A stretch of 63,299 bases of DNA, the filler included, from Reticulomyxa filosa (Eukaryota; Protista; Foraminifera): assembly GCA_000512085.1 (NCBI GenBank). It is 23 parts of 23 records of this genome, joined end to end, with 100 filler letters (N's around TTAATTAATTAA, not from the genome) between each part and the next. Parts side by side here need not be neighbours in the genome. Positions count along the whole stretch, not along the records: positions 44,198 to 51,700 come from ASPP01003589.1; positions 51,801 to 53,974 come from ASPP01044351.1; positions 54,075 to 55,420 come from ASPP01019958.1; positions 55,521 to 63,299 come from ASPP01006730.1; 19 more parts are not named here. One strand, given 5' to 3'. A program made the translations under genes and the position numbers. Numbering within the stretch: position 1 is the first letter of the stretch; every line of letters starts with the position of its first letter. A model generated the notes under the pieces. That model ran no database searches and had not been told where the DNA came from. It saw nothing but the letters and a program-made list of their open reading frames with translations. Positions 50,501 through 63,299 of the stretch are shown here, piece by piece.

Positions 50501-51680
50501 TGAGAATCAAAGCAAAGATAAAATAAATGGTGAGAGTGATGCGGATGGAAGTGAAAATGGTTTGGCTGCATTATCTCGTACCGAGCAGTGGAAACCGTGG
50601 TACCATTCGATAATCGTCGTGTTTGAGTTTGTGGACACGGACTTGCAAAAACTGATTGAGTCGAACCAATATTTTTTAATGGTCCACGTGCAGTTTATAT
50701 TGTATCAACTGTTGAGCGCCGTCGCGTATATGCATTCCTATCACATTTACCATCGAGACTTGAAGCCGGCCAACATACTCGTTAACGAAAACTGTACCGT
50801 CAAAATATGTGATTTTGGATTGGCCAGATGCATACTCCCTTCGTCATCATCATCATCATCGTCATTATCATCATCATCATCATCATCGCCGCCATTATCA
50901 TCGTTGTCGTCACCGTATCCACACAATCGAACATTCCAAGGAAATGCATCCTCATTGACCAACGATCTGCTGTCCCAACAGTCTCTGAATCATGGCTACC
51001 CACAAACCACAAACGCCAACCCGCTTCAAACCAGTCACAAAAAAATAGTCAAAAAGTCCACTTGACCCAACACATTGTTACATGTCATTATCGAAGTCCT
51101 GAAGTCTTATTAATGGAACAAAAGGTCACATTCTTATATGGAATCGATATAGTTCGGACAGTGTCATTATATTGTGTTTTTTTTTTTTTATATATACGTT
51201 TGGCCTTGAGTACATTTATTTATATATACATATACACACATATATATGTAAATATGTATATATATGCATACATGTATATATTTTATATGTATAATATGTC
51301 ATAATCTTTAAGTTAATTTTTTTTTATTTGCTTTGTTCTATTTTTATTATAAAAAAAAAAAAAAAAGTGGTCGATTGGATGTATATTTGCGGAATTGTTG
51401 CAAATGATAAGAGAAAATTGCAGACAAATGGAACAAAGAAAGCCCCTATTTTCGTCGTATCATGGCAACGACTCCTTTACGCTGTCAGATCGCATCACCC
51501 AATTGGACGTCATCTTCAGCGTCATTGGGACACCTTCGCCGGAAGAGATTGAAAGCGTTATGATCTCCAACGAAAATAACAAAAAATATTTGCGCAATTT
51601 GTCGCGCAAAATTGAACCAATCAATTGGAAGCTGAAGTTTCCAGAAAATGAAAACGAGGAGGCTTTGTCGTTACTTAAAG
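49800..51680 (+). CDS. Atypical MAP kinase with Asn/Ser low-complexity inserts (3' truncated)
   Basis: [56 protein letters not shown] and DI|[11 protein letters not shown]. One 1-nt frameshift near 51040-51056. Confidence 0.9.
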
Positions 51681-53339
51681 GTTTTTTTTTTTTTTTTTTT
51701 NNNNNNNNNNNNNNNNNNNNNNNNNNNNNNNNNNNNNNNNNNNNTTAATTAATTAANNNNNNNNNNNNNNNNNNNNNNNNNNNNNNNNNNNNNNNNNNNN
51801 GGGGGTGGGGGGGTGTGCACAAGACTTTGCAGATACCACTTTCGCACAAACGTATATACAACTTTGTTGGATGTGGAAGAGCACAGCTTATGCCAATGAC
51901 ATGACGAACAAGAATGGGAAGAGCACCAACAACAATAAATAAAAAAGTGATAAGATAGACATGGATGAGCGGCAGCCATTGATGACATAAGTCAGGAAAT
52001 TAATAACATTTACTGCGAATTTGGACGACTGTGCAAACATTCCAAGCATATGCACTATCGACCCGAAACAAACAGCAAACATTCACGCAAGCCAAAATCG
52101 ACTCATTGCTGCTATCCAAAGACAAAGAAACGAATCACTACAAATTGGGTGATAGATATCGTCTACATGTCACACTGAATACCGACGTGATATCTCATGA
52201 TATTGCCGTCGATAATGGGCGATATCATGATACGCCCATATTGAATGTTGAAAAAAGAAAAGTGAACCTCGACATGATATTGCTCGTGACAGTGGCTTAA
52301 TACAATCTGCAACAGTTCTTTTCCCTGTGCAGACCATCGTCGCATCCAACACTATTGTAATTTTATTTATTTTTTAACAAAAAGAGATTTAGTGAATCAA
52401 ACACATATATATATATATATATGCATATATATATGCTATACGATAGACCTTTCCAAAGCAGTCAGTACAGATCTCGCAACTCCTTCAGACTTAATATATC
52501 CCAACCTGCAATTGAACAGACGCAACAAAAATCGATAGTGATGCAGACAAAGAACAAAACAAAAAAAATATTTAATTAAATAAACTTAAAAGTATGTACA
52601 GTTGTTGGTCATGTTTGTGTGAGTCTTTGGATGTGGTATCAACATCTTTAATTTCATATTTTATCGTAAATAAAAATTAAAACATTTTTATTAATGGATT
52701 TCATATATATTTGGCTTCTTTTACTATCATCAACAAGAAAGCGTTTAATTTTATGATTGATCCGAATGTTTTGAGGCATACTTTTAAAAAAAGAGTGTTT
52801 ACATTTTGATCAATACAACTATACATTGAAACATTGATGAAAATAACCAATTGAAATGAACATTTAAAAAAGAAATTCAATTAAATATTTAATTTAAAGG
52901 ACATAAAGGGAACAATGTCAAAATGTTACTAACTAAAAAAAAATAAATATGTTTCCTGAACAAATGATTTCATCTTTATTCCAATAAGCTTTCATTCTCC
53001 CATATGTGCCAAATTGTCCAAAATTCCTTGCACATTTTGCTTTTGTCCAAAGCTTGTGTATTCATGGCACTAATAACAATAGAATAATTGACCATCAAAA
53101 ATACAATACGACAATTTTTTTCTTCTTCGATTTTCGTGACACAATCGTTCAAAGGTGTTACGAATTGTTCATTGAGGCCCGTGTGTTGTTTCTCTTTATT
53201 CAAGGCCGAAATACACTCACATACACGGCAAATCGGACTGTCACAAAATGAGGAAAACTGCTGCCTTTGGAGGCACTCGATTTGCGTATTGGCTCAAGTG
53301 TTTCTATCGATTGGACGTTATTTTCAAATATAATTTTAA

Positions 53340-53700
53340 AATGAGTCCAAAGATTATATCAATTTATCAACAAAGGAGTCCACGAAGCTACTTTTCGTTC
53401 AATCATTTCAGCTGATTGCTTTGTATATTTGATTACACATATTTGACAATAAATCATTTGTTTACATATATGGACATATATATATAAATATATAAATATA
53501 TATAACTAGTTCCACCAAACAAATCATTAATAACTTTCCCTTTAAATGATCTTGGAATCCATCCAACATTTTTTCCATTTCCTCCAATAGACGATCACAG
53601 TTTTTGATTTGATTGTATGTGAACATAGTTTTGGATACTCCGTATTTCCATTTTACTTATGATGTTCACGTTCTTTTCTAGTGGCTCTTTCAAAAAAAAA
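53340..53700 (-). pseudogene. Vps52-like N-terminal fragment, degenerate
   Basis: YNQIKNCDRLLEEMEKMLDGFQDHL resembles VPS52 HNQITACDAVLERMEQMLGAFQSDL. VDSFVDKLI follows downstream, with stops and frameshifts around it. Confidence 0.5.
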
Positions 53701-54279
53701 ACACTGATATAAATTCTATTATTGTCAATACATAACTAGATAATAATACTCCGTCCTTCATTTCCTTACCACTAATGATGCGCTTTACCATTCGATCGTC
53801 CACTTTCAATATCTTTGAAATATTATTGACAAACAATATATTGGTCTTTGTAAAAAGACGTTGCGACTGAGCGATTTATTTTCTCTTGAGTGTTTGTTTT
53901 TCAAAGCTCTGATAATCAATATTTTTCGTGAAAAAAAGCAGATGTGATTTTGCTTATCATATAAGCGCGTAAAANNNNNNNNNNNNNNNNNNNNNNNNNN
54001 NNNNNNNNNNNNNNNNNNTTAATTAATTAANNNNNNNNNNNNNNNNNNNNNNNNNNNNNNNNNNNNNNNNNNNNTTATTGACAAAATTAATATATTTATT
54101 TTTATTTTTTTCATACATTATTTCATCAAAAATTACAAGCATTAATATTTAATGTTTTGATGTTGTTTCAACACAAATTTATTATTTATTAAAAAAGAAA
54201 ATATTTGGACTATGTATCAAATAATATAACTATCAATAAAATAAAAAATAAATTTAAAACATTTTTCTTTGATATAAAT

Positions 54280-54975
54280 TTAGCACAATAATTATCATTT
54301 ATTTTCTTTTTTTAATGATATAAATATAAGACAATATACTCCTTCATCATCTTTCTTGTTATCTCTTATTAAATATAATTCATTATTATTTAATTGAATA
54401 TTCGAAAAAACGAATTGTATTTATCACTGCTATTCTTTATTATAAATGGTAAATATTTAAACGAATACTTTATTTGTTCCATATTTTACACTCTTTTACA
54501 TAATCTTTATGTCCTTTGAATACAGTCAATTGTTTGCTCATATATGATCTAAAGTAAATGATGTATCCATTTTCATCAATACTATTACTTTGTAATACCA
54601 AACAATATGATTATGTTTGTTAAAAATATGTAATGAATTAGATATTTCAATATCATATAAGCAAATAATTTTATCAGCGGATCTTGAGCATAAATATTGA
54701 TCATCATTAAATGATGAAAATTCAATATCATAAACACTTTGAGTATGTTGATTGAATAATTTCAATTGTTGATAATATTCTCCAGAACAAATATATTAAT
54801 CATCATCGAATATTGAATAATCAATAACTAATATGTTCATTAAAAGTTTTAATTAATTTAAATGAAAGACAAAATGTGTTAAGCATTTTATATTATGATA
54901 ATAACAAATAAAACATAATATAATTGATAACAAGTTTGATTCATATCCAATATTTAATAATTACTTTAATTTTCA
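54280..54975 (-). pseudogene. Heavily decayed WD40-family gene
   Basis: LKLFNQHTQSVYDIEFSSFNDDQYLCSRSADKIICLYD, a remnant of the family module (IKVIIKYWI...KLVINY), and many stops and deletions. Confidence 0.75.
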
Positions 54976-55520
54976 TTTGATAGATTTATCTTAAATTATG
55001 TACAATCAAATTTAGAAGACAATCATCTTTCTGAAGGAGTTACTTTTTTTATTGACAGGATTACTCATTTTTTATTCTTTGCAGTTGATCAATAAAATCA
55101 ATTGCTTCATTCTTTTATGTAAGCGTGGATAATTTTGAAAATTTTATTTATTTTTGAATTATTGTTATGATATTTGGAGTTATTAAAAGCCTTTGTTGTC
55201 ATTTTTGTTTCCCTTATCCTTACTATGAATATAATTACCGTTTTAAAGTGATGAAAATGTGCGTCCTTCTTTTAGCTTCTGAATGGAAGTGAAAGAATAT
55301 ATTGCAATTTGTGGTATTTTGATTCTTTAAAAGAAGTTTACTCAGAAAATAAGTATCTAATGATGGATGATAATTATATTTTACTATTATAAAGAAAAGG
55401 TTATTTTGTTGTGTCAAATTNNNNNNNNNNNNNNNNNNNNNNNNNNNNNNNNNNNNNNNNNNNNTTAATTAATTAANNNNNNNNNNNNNNNNNNNNNNNN
55501 NNNNNNNNNNNNNNNNNNNN

Positions 55521-55882
55521 TTTTGAAGAAAGTTTTGACAATCGTTGATCGCTGTCTAGTAAATGATACTCAATAGTAATTTCAATCCAAATGGGTGGCA
55601 GCGTATTCTCATCACCCAATACTTGACCCGCCAATCGATCGTTGAGTGTCAAAAAAGGGTCGATGTTAGTTCCAACACCAATAAAGCCGCCGGGTGTGGC
55701 AAATTGTAAATTGTTTTTTTCACTGTAAAGTGAAGTGACTATTGATTTGATTGGTTGACAGGTGACTTTGCCTGTTCAATTAAAAAGAGGGAGAGTACAT
55801 AAACACACACATATATGCATATATGCATATATGTATATGTTTATGTATTGTGTGTATTATTCTACATAACTTACATTTGCAA

Positions 55883-55913
<31 letters not shown>

Positions 55914-57556
55914 GCAAACCAAACAAATTTAAAAAAAAAAAAAAACAAACAAACAACTAAACCCTGTTTGTCTTTGTGAACAATTCCCGGTCTCACCTCA
56001 ATTTTTTGTCCCACAGTCAACACTCCACGCAAAATGATTCCTCCGGCGATTCCTCCTTGCACTTCTTCGTAGTCCGTTCCGTTTTTATTTACATCGAATG
56101 ACCGAAGCACCAGCATGTAAACCGACGAGGTGTAGTCTTTCAAAGGAATTGGGATGGAATTGACAATGTATTCACAGATCACGTCAACGTTGATATTGTA
56201 CGCACTCGACTGGGGATAATGGGCGCATGTTCGGCCACGGTCCCTTGAACAAACTGTTGAATGGATCGACAGTGTTCGACGGCTTGTTCGCGGTTCAGCA
56301 TATCGATTTTATTTTGGACGATTATGATGTTCTTCACCTGCATGGCGTCGAGAGCAGCCAGTAAAGCTGCCGTCTATGCTATGCCAGTCCAGACAATTGG
56401 AACAAAACAGCAACCAAAAATTAGGAAAAAAAGAAGAAGAAAATGACAATAATGTGTTAAACAAGGACAAGACATATACATAAATATATAAATATAAACA
56501 TATAAATATAAACATAAATATATATATATATACATGTATATATGTATGTATGTATATACACACACAAAACATGTGGTTGAGGGCAAGGTTCATTGGCACC
56601 AATGACTAATAAAGCGGCATCCATAACCACAGCGCCGTTGAGCATTGCGGTAATGATGACATCATTCAACGAGCAATCAATGAGACACACGTGCCTGACT
56701 AACTTGAACATGACATCTTCGTCGCAGATATCGCGTCGACTGTTGTTTGGTTACTGTCACGTGTGTCCTGGCGCGGCGTTGTATGTCTCGAAAGAGCAAA
56801 CAGATCACATTTGTCACTTCCAAAGGATTTAAAGCACTCTGGCCTTTTGCATCCCTTCTTGGAAGATATCGCATTAGCACCATCACTACCTTTTGTTGTC
56901 GATGATGATTTTTCAATACTCGATTCATCATCTTTTTTTGGTTCTTTTTCTTTTTCTTGTTCTTTTTCTTGTTCTGTTATTGGTTCTTTTTTTTTTAGTT
57001 TGCTTTTTTCATTGTCCGACAAAGCCTTAAAAATTTTCGCATTTGCATAACACAATTTTATTGTTGCACTCTTTGCTCGTTCGGTGCGAAAACGTGGAGG
57101 ATTGACTGTCGACAACAACTTTACCAACGTTGACTTGCCGTGCGATAGGCTTCCTAATACTCCTATCGTCATCGTTGGCTGTCGCGACATTATCACACCA
57201 CTCAATGTATTCAATTCGTTTTTTTTTAAACGCAAACATGATTGCAATGATAAGTTGTCATCTGGATTCAAACGATAGCCTAATATCTCTTCTGCTCCTT
57301 TTATGCTGCCGCCACCGCTGCTACTGCTATTTTTCACATTTGATCCCTCTCCTTTTGGTGGGCCATTCTCATCCACATTCGGTACTACTACTCCTGATGC
57401 ACCGTCTTTTCGCTCCTCTACTGTCTTCGCTGCTTCACTTCTTTCACTCGTTGTCGGTGTCGGGCCTGTTCCTGTTGCACTGGGGCCTGCCCTCTGCTCC
57501 TTCTCTTCTTTCTCACGAAGAATCGAAGGTTTCCAACCGCCTTTTGACGACGACAT
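55521..57556 (-). CDS. Divergent translation initiation factor eIF2-gamma paralog (3' truncated, two 1-nt frameshifts)
   Basis: [62 protein letters not shown]|QT, QNKID, RSFDVNK, GGIAGG, IEVRPG and [13 protein letters not shown]...DRLAGQVLG. Confidence 0.9.
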
Positions 57557-57995
57557 GGACAAGATATTAATTTAGATCACTATTACGAGTTTGCTGTTTT
57601 CAGCCCGGTTCTTGAACTGTCCACGCCAACTACTTTGGGGATTTATGACAGAGCAGCTACAACAATTAAAAGCCTTACAGAGCGTTTCTTCCACCCCCCC
57701 TTGCTATTCTGTTGGTTTTTCTTTTTTTAAAAAGTTGTGAGAATTCTTGTTGTCTTTTATTACTTATCATTTATTTTTTTAAAAAAACAAACACTGATGT
57801 TGGTGCTCGTTTCTTTTGTGAGTACTACATTATCTAAAAGATCTTGCTACAATCTTTGAGTCTATTTTTTGTTCTAACTTGTCAAAACCATTTTTTTTTT
57901 TACTTTTGTAAAGCAAATTTCATGGATTAAACGACTTCGAAAGCAGTAAATAACTTTGTTCTCCTTGAGAATAGAACATAAGAATTAATCCTCCA

Positions 57996-60446
57996 ATGTT
58001 GGGAAGACATTGTTCACACATCTCAAGAAATGGAAGATTGGGTTGGGATTTTCATTTATGTGCAAGTAGCGGATTGAAATTGCCGTATGGAAGACATTCA
58101 CGCTTATTTCGCAGAAGTGACAGTGTGAAGTTGTTTTGCACGGAAGCATCTTCGAATTCCAATTCAAATCCAAATCCAAGTGCAGGCACAAGTGCAAAAA
58201 ACGAAATCGAGAAGAATACGACGAAAGAAGAGCCAAATCTAAAAAGAACGCCTCAAAAAGGGAGTAGAAAAGGGTTTTTTCCCGCTTTTGTAGTGTCTTT
58301 CGGGTTTGGTGTGGTAGCTGCAGGGGTATATTATTCGCTTTACCCAGACCAAGCGAAGCAAATCGCATGCGAAAAGATTCCTTTTTTGGTAAGATAGAAA
58401 ACGTGTGTTTGTTTGTTTTTGCAATGTATTGCAAATGTTGAAGAGAACATTTTATTTAATTAAATTTTTTGTAAGTACACACGCAATGAAAATGAATACT
58501 GATATGCATATGTTATGTATAGAAAATGTTTATTGGCAAAGAATGCAATCCATCAAAGAAAGTGCTGCCATCGTATGTTTGCATTTCAGTTACGACTCGA
58601 TCACTGTCGAAACTAAAAACAATTAAAGCATATGCAAATTCATAGTTTCAAAAAAAAAAACTCTTTATGTGTAGGAAAAAGAAAAGCAAAAATGAAAAGA
58701 AAAGATTAGAAACAGAAGAAAAACAAAAGACGCTGTTGGCGGTGGTGACGGCTTCAGATGCGAAGGAAGCAAAAGATGAGAAGGAAACAAAAGAGGTGAA
58801 GAAAGACCAGACAAGTGTGGAAACAAATGACACACAATCAACGGACACGCTGCAATTGCTCGCACACCGCTTGAAGGATATCAAACAACAATTGGCATCA
58901 TTGAAACAACAAAAGAGCTCCAATGTCAGTCATACTCCTCCCAAACATGATTCATCGTCTTCATCTGAGTCAACAACAATAGCAACAATAACACCAACAC
59001 CGACACCAGAATCAGAACCGAAGCCAACGGGAACAGATAAGGCAGTACCACCACAAGCACAGACACAAGTACAGATGCAAGCACAAGAAACGCAAACACC
59101 AATTTCCAAAGATAAAGTGCTGACAGCTGAGGATATCCAACGGCTTCAAGACTGGTATGACGCGCTTTGCAAGAATTATCAAATATTACAGCATCAAGAG
59201 GAACTCACACGATCTCTTGAATTGGTATGCACTTCTGTTTGTGTGACACTCACACACCCACACATTTGGGCGGCAATGGACGACTTGCTTAATTACTACT
59301 TCACAAATTCCAAATTTAAAAAAAAAAAAAAAAATGAAAGAATATAATAACTATGCAATATATGTATATACATATATGTGTATATATGCATAACGCGACT
59401 GCTTATTTGAATCTTTTTTTTTTGTGAAAAAAAAAGAAAAAAGAGGAAATTGAAATGCTTCGAAAGCAAGTGAAGGGACAAAACGAACGAATCAAAAAGG
59501 AGGTCGATAGTTTGCATAGCACAAGACTGTTATATGAGGAGTCCTTGCAAAAGTACGCGGATTTAAACGAACAAATGACCGAAGTGGTGAAGCAACAAAC
59601 GGAAACAATGGAAAATGAACGAAGACATCGATTAGACAAATTCGCCGATTTGGCAACTGACATTCGCATTTTGGAGCAATTGTTTGCTTGGCAAGACCAA
59701 CATAATGAACATTTTCAAAAGGCATGTCCTTATTGTAATGTTTTCATATAATATTATCCTTTACTCTTTCATACACATACATATAATCATAATTCATATA
59801 CGCTCTTGTGTAGATTGGAAAATTACATGGCGTGTTGGGTCGTTTGAAAAATCAATTGCAACATAGTCTTCTCGTTGAAGATGAGATTAATTATTTGCTG
59901 CAATATTTGCCTGAATACTTTTCGTCCAAAAAACTATTTGCGGATTTGCAAACCATTTTAAAAAATGAAAAAATCAATTCTGCTAATGCTCCTAATCGAC
60001 AAATTTTATATGATCGCTTCTGCCTATTAGAACAGGCTTTACGAGAAACTGCAATGACACCATCTCCAAAACCTACTTTGTTCGAAAATTTGCTTGCAAA
60101 ACTTGCTGGCTCCTTTCTGTTTCAAGAACACTTGCCACGGACCGGAAACGATCCTCAGGCCAGAATATCTAGAGCTGGATTTGCCATTCGGTCTGGGGAC
60201 ATCAAAGCCGGACTTGATGAATTAGAATACTTGGAAGGTCTTTTTTAAAAAAAGTGTTAATGTAACTTTCAAAAAAAAAAATCAGAAATTATCTTCTTTT
60301 ATGTGTGTTGACTTAAAGAATCGGTGCTATATCCTGCGCAAGACTGGTTAAAGAGCGCAAGACTGTGGGTTCTGGTATCACAAGCTGTGAATATGTTTGA
60401 AGCTGAGTTGTTGAGTGGAGGTGCTCATGTACTAAACAAAGATTAA
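57996..60446 (+). CDS. MIC60: MICOS subunit Mic60/mitofilin
   Basis: Arg-rich presequence, single TM helix (GFGVVAAGVYYSLY), coiled coil, and C-terminal mitofilin domain GNDPQARISRA...GDIKAGLDELEYL|...AQDWLKSAR. Confidence 0.85.
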
Positions 60447-61075
60447 TCAAATAAACCACATTTACATCTTTTTTTTACAGAGATTTGTTTTCTTAAACAT
60501 ACGTGATTGCTTTGTTTAGCAATTTTTTACTGATCACCAACATCCAAGTACAAGTTGTACCTTTAGAAGAATTTACCAACTTGATTATCGGATACCCAAT
60601 CTTAAAAAAACCAGCATATTTAGAAAAAAAAAGATCATTAGTTTTAATGACTGAACAAATAACACTAAATTGTTTTGATACTGAAGATTAAATGTAGACC
60701 TTTTTTGATTTCAAAAATTGTAAAAAAAATAGTGTCACAATCCCTCCGTACCATTTGCACCATGAGACGAATGTGGACCGCAGGCCCAAAACCCATCGGC
60801 ACTGAGTGACGATATGCAAAGTGCATACATTTTTTACAAATTCTTTTTCTTCAAATGGAGAACAATTTGCTGAGAATAGTAAGTAAATCAAGATTAGAGC
60901 GAAAACCAGTTTTGTCGTGACAAAAGAAAGAAGAACAAAACATCAACACAGAAAAACAAAAACAAAGATTTTTGGAATAGTTTTTGTTATATTACATTAA
61001 AACAAGACAAGAAATCTCAAAAACTTTCTGTTCAATTTCCAATTTTTAAAAAAATTATAGAGGTGAAAGCCCCTT

Positions 61076-63299
61076 TTATTGCTGATGGAACGAGGGAAAA
61101 AAGCTAGACAACACTGAGGCACCCTCTTTTGTCTGCCATCTTTTGAAATAGTCATCTAATGTTGCTCTTCTTTCACGAAATGATAAGCGAAACTTGACAT
61201 CTCGAGTCCTAAAAACATTACAAAATATAAACGGCTTGTAATGGCTAATCTAAATGAGAAAGAAAGAGAAGGAGGATTTCCTTTTTTTTTAAACAGAACT
61301 GTACAGTCCGGTTAGCTTCCAAAGCAGTGAGTCGCACCAATGGAGCCAATACATGCTGTCGAACAACCATGTTATTGGTCAATGGTCCAAAGTTGGCAAC
61401 ATTTCCTTTTTTGTGTATTTGAATTCGAAAGAGTCCATTTTGTAAAGGATAAATGACAATATTGACAGTATTAAAATCAGTGGAAATAGTGTCGGGCAGA
61501 TAAGTGCGAGTGTGTTCAGTCCACACAATATTGACATGATCATTTGCAACATGCCGTTTGCGTTCGGTGTGTCGAGTGTCTCCCTCACGGGTAAGCATAC
61601 GTGTGGCAACATGGAAAATCATTTCATAAGTTCCAGTGCCATAATAACATGCATAACGGCCACTGGAGCCAACACTAAGGCCACCAACGAAGCCCTCATG
61701 AACAGAAAGGTCAATTATCCATCCCAAATCATCGATTAATTTTTCGTAGCAATAGCTTCCCTCATTGTTTCCTAAAATGTCATGTTGTTGATCTTGATCG
61801 CGTCCAACAAACTCGACTCCAATTTTGTGAAACTCTCGACTTTTTTTTTTTTTTTTTTTACAAAAAAAAATTTATTTTTTTGTTTGTTTAATCTAATTTG
61901 CAAAAAAAAAAAATAAATAAATAAACGTTGTGTTTTGAGCTCGATCCATTAAGTCTAGTCGCTTGTGTAGTGTCTCAGCCTCTTGAATGGGTATAATGCC
62001 GAGCAATTGTTCTTGCAATTGAAGCTGATACCTTTCGACATCAATTTTTTGGACAGCGCTATCCCATCCAAGCAATTCATTGGCGTCGGTATCGGAACGG
62101 ACTTTGAGTGTGGGAGAACGAGATTGCAAAGTGGAAGACTTGGAAGCGCCGGACTTGTTGCGCGTTTCGATAAAGGAAAAATCAAAGTCTCCCATTCCAA
62201 GGACTTGTCCGGGCGTAAGTAAGCCCAAATGGGAAAACAAAAAGCGGCTGCAATCGAATTGATTCAAGCAAGTCATTGCCCCTTGAGGATACATTTCCAA
62301 ATTGAGTTCGTTCATTCGTTTCGGGGAGGCAGCGATGATATTGTCTTCCTGTGAAAGCGAGCCTCCTGTCAAGGCCGGCGTTGTGCTGGGGGAATTGGTC
62401 AGCGATGTTCTCGAATCTGCAATTTCGCTCGTCGCATTATAATTGTAATCGGACACGTGTCCATTTTTCGACTGGCGATCTCTGGTGAGTCTACTTTTAT
62501 CGTTCAATTGCTTCTCTTCCAGATCCTATCAAAAAAAAAAAAGCATTTTCGTCGGATTACGTATACATATTATGATATTATTATATGTGAGATGTGGGGG
62601 GGGAAGGGGAAAAATTCAGTGACGCAACATAATTGGATAAGTGCGACAGCAATTTTCCTCTTTCTTGTTCGGAGAGAGTTCCCCGTGGCAAAGCCCCGAG
62701 AGCAGAGTATCTTCGAATAGGTTGTTCATCTCCTGTATCCGTCGTACTTTTATTTGCATTTGCGCTGGCAAGACCTTGTTCGAAAACATTGTTCCTACGT
62801 TTCAATGTTTTGTCGTCGCCGTCAGTGGACGTATCTGTCTGATTGGCGTTGCTACTGACTTCTTCCTGCTTCTCTCGTCCATGTAACTTGCTTTCTACGT
62901 ATTTCAAGACCTGTGCCAATCCATCTGCCTGAGAGAACAAGTCGTAATCGAAAAGAGGCTTGCCTTGTAAGTAGCGATTCAAATTGGGCACCTCTGTTAT
63001 ATCACCCATCGATTCCAAATTATTTCCAAATTGAAAAATGATTAAGAACAAAAAAAAAAAAAAAGAGACAGAAGTGTAGTTATCAAGATTAGATAAATTT
63101 CTTTGATAATAGTAACACAAAGTTAGATGTCTTTTTTTGTTGTTACTTCAAAATCTAAACGTTGCGATTGGGTTCTTGTTCTTGCACTTTGACGAATTTC
63201 CGCAATTTCAGACTGAATGCTTTCTCTTGACTCGTGTCCCTTCATTTCATTGTACTGTTCCAGTGATTGCTTCAGCTGTTGTTGATGCTGCTGTTGCTG
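61076..63299 (-). CDS. RALGAPA: Ral GTPase-activating protein alpha-like (Rap/RanGAP domain), C-terminal exons
   Basis: REFHKIGVEFVGRDQ..ILGNNEGS..Y...LGWIIDLSVHEGFVGGL, EMIFHVATRM, KRHVANDHVNIVWTEH, IVIYPLQNGLFRIQI and FGPL...LVRLTALEANR. Confidence 0.85.

Noticed and set aside
50250-51012. Poly-Ile, poly-Leu, poly-Asp and poly-Met ORFs on other frames
   Set aside because: They are shadow frames of the (AAT)n and (TCA)n repeats inside the MAPK exon.
51801-52540. Plus-strand ORF fragments as a gene
   Set aside because: Interrupted in all frames with no recognisable family; at most an unassignable pseudogene.

Overview
This window is not one locus. It is 23 short contigs joined by 22 identical artificial 100-nt linkers (N44-TTAATTAATTAA-N44, with stops in all six frames), so adjacency across a linker means nothing. 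The DNA is AT-rich, intron-containing eukaryotic nuclear DNA. Its expanded WD40/Kelch families and intronic homopolymers and microsatellites look to me like a foraminiferan (Reticulomyxa-like) genome; this is inference. Recognisable genes: a secreted cyanophycinase (peptidase S51), a CMGC kinase C-terminus, TBCD, an RNAi RdRP, a Dicer helicase, a VWA domain, three WD40 genes (one fused to a Kelch-like propeller), a TRP channel, NCA2-like, a very divergent tubulin, PLGRKT-like, Rab5, an F-box-like protein, a Dpy-30/RIIa-motif protein, an atypical MAPK, a divergent eIF2-gamma, Mic60 and RalGAP-alpha. There are also LINE fragments, satellites and pseudogenes. Best novelty candidates: (1) a ~30-aa module shared by the WD40/Kelch genes (on its own exon) and a tubulin whose GTP motifs have degenerated, suggesting an undescribed adaptor system; (2) an eIF2-gamma paralog lacking the DxxGH catalytic motif; (3) a Rickettsiales-like CE-clan protease ORF in host-type DNA; (4) many homology-confirmed introns with poly-A rather than polypyrimidine acceptors; (5) an intron-bearing secreted cyanophycinase. 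All family assignments come from motif recognition by eye; no searches were run.
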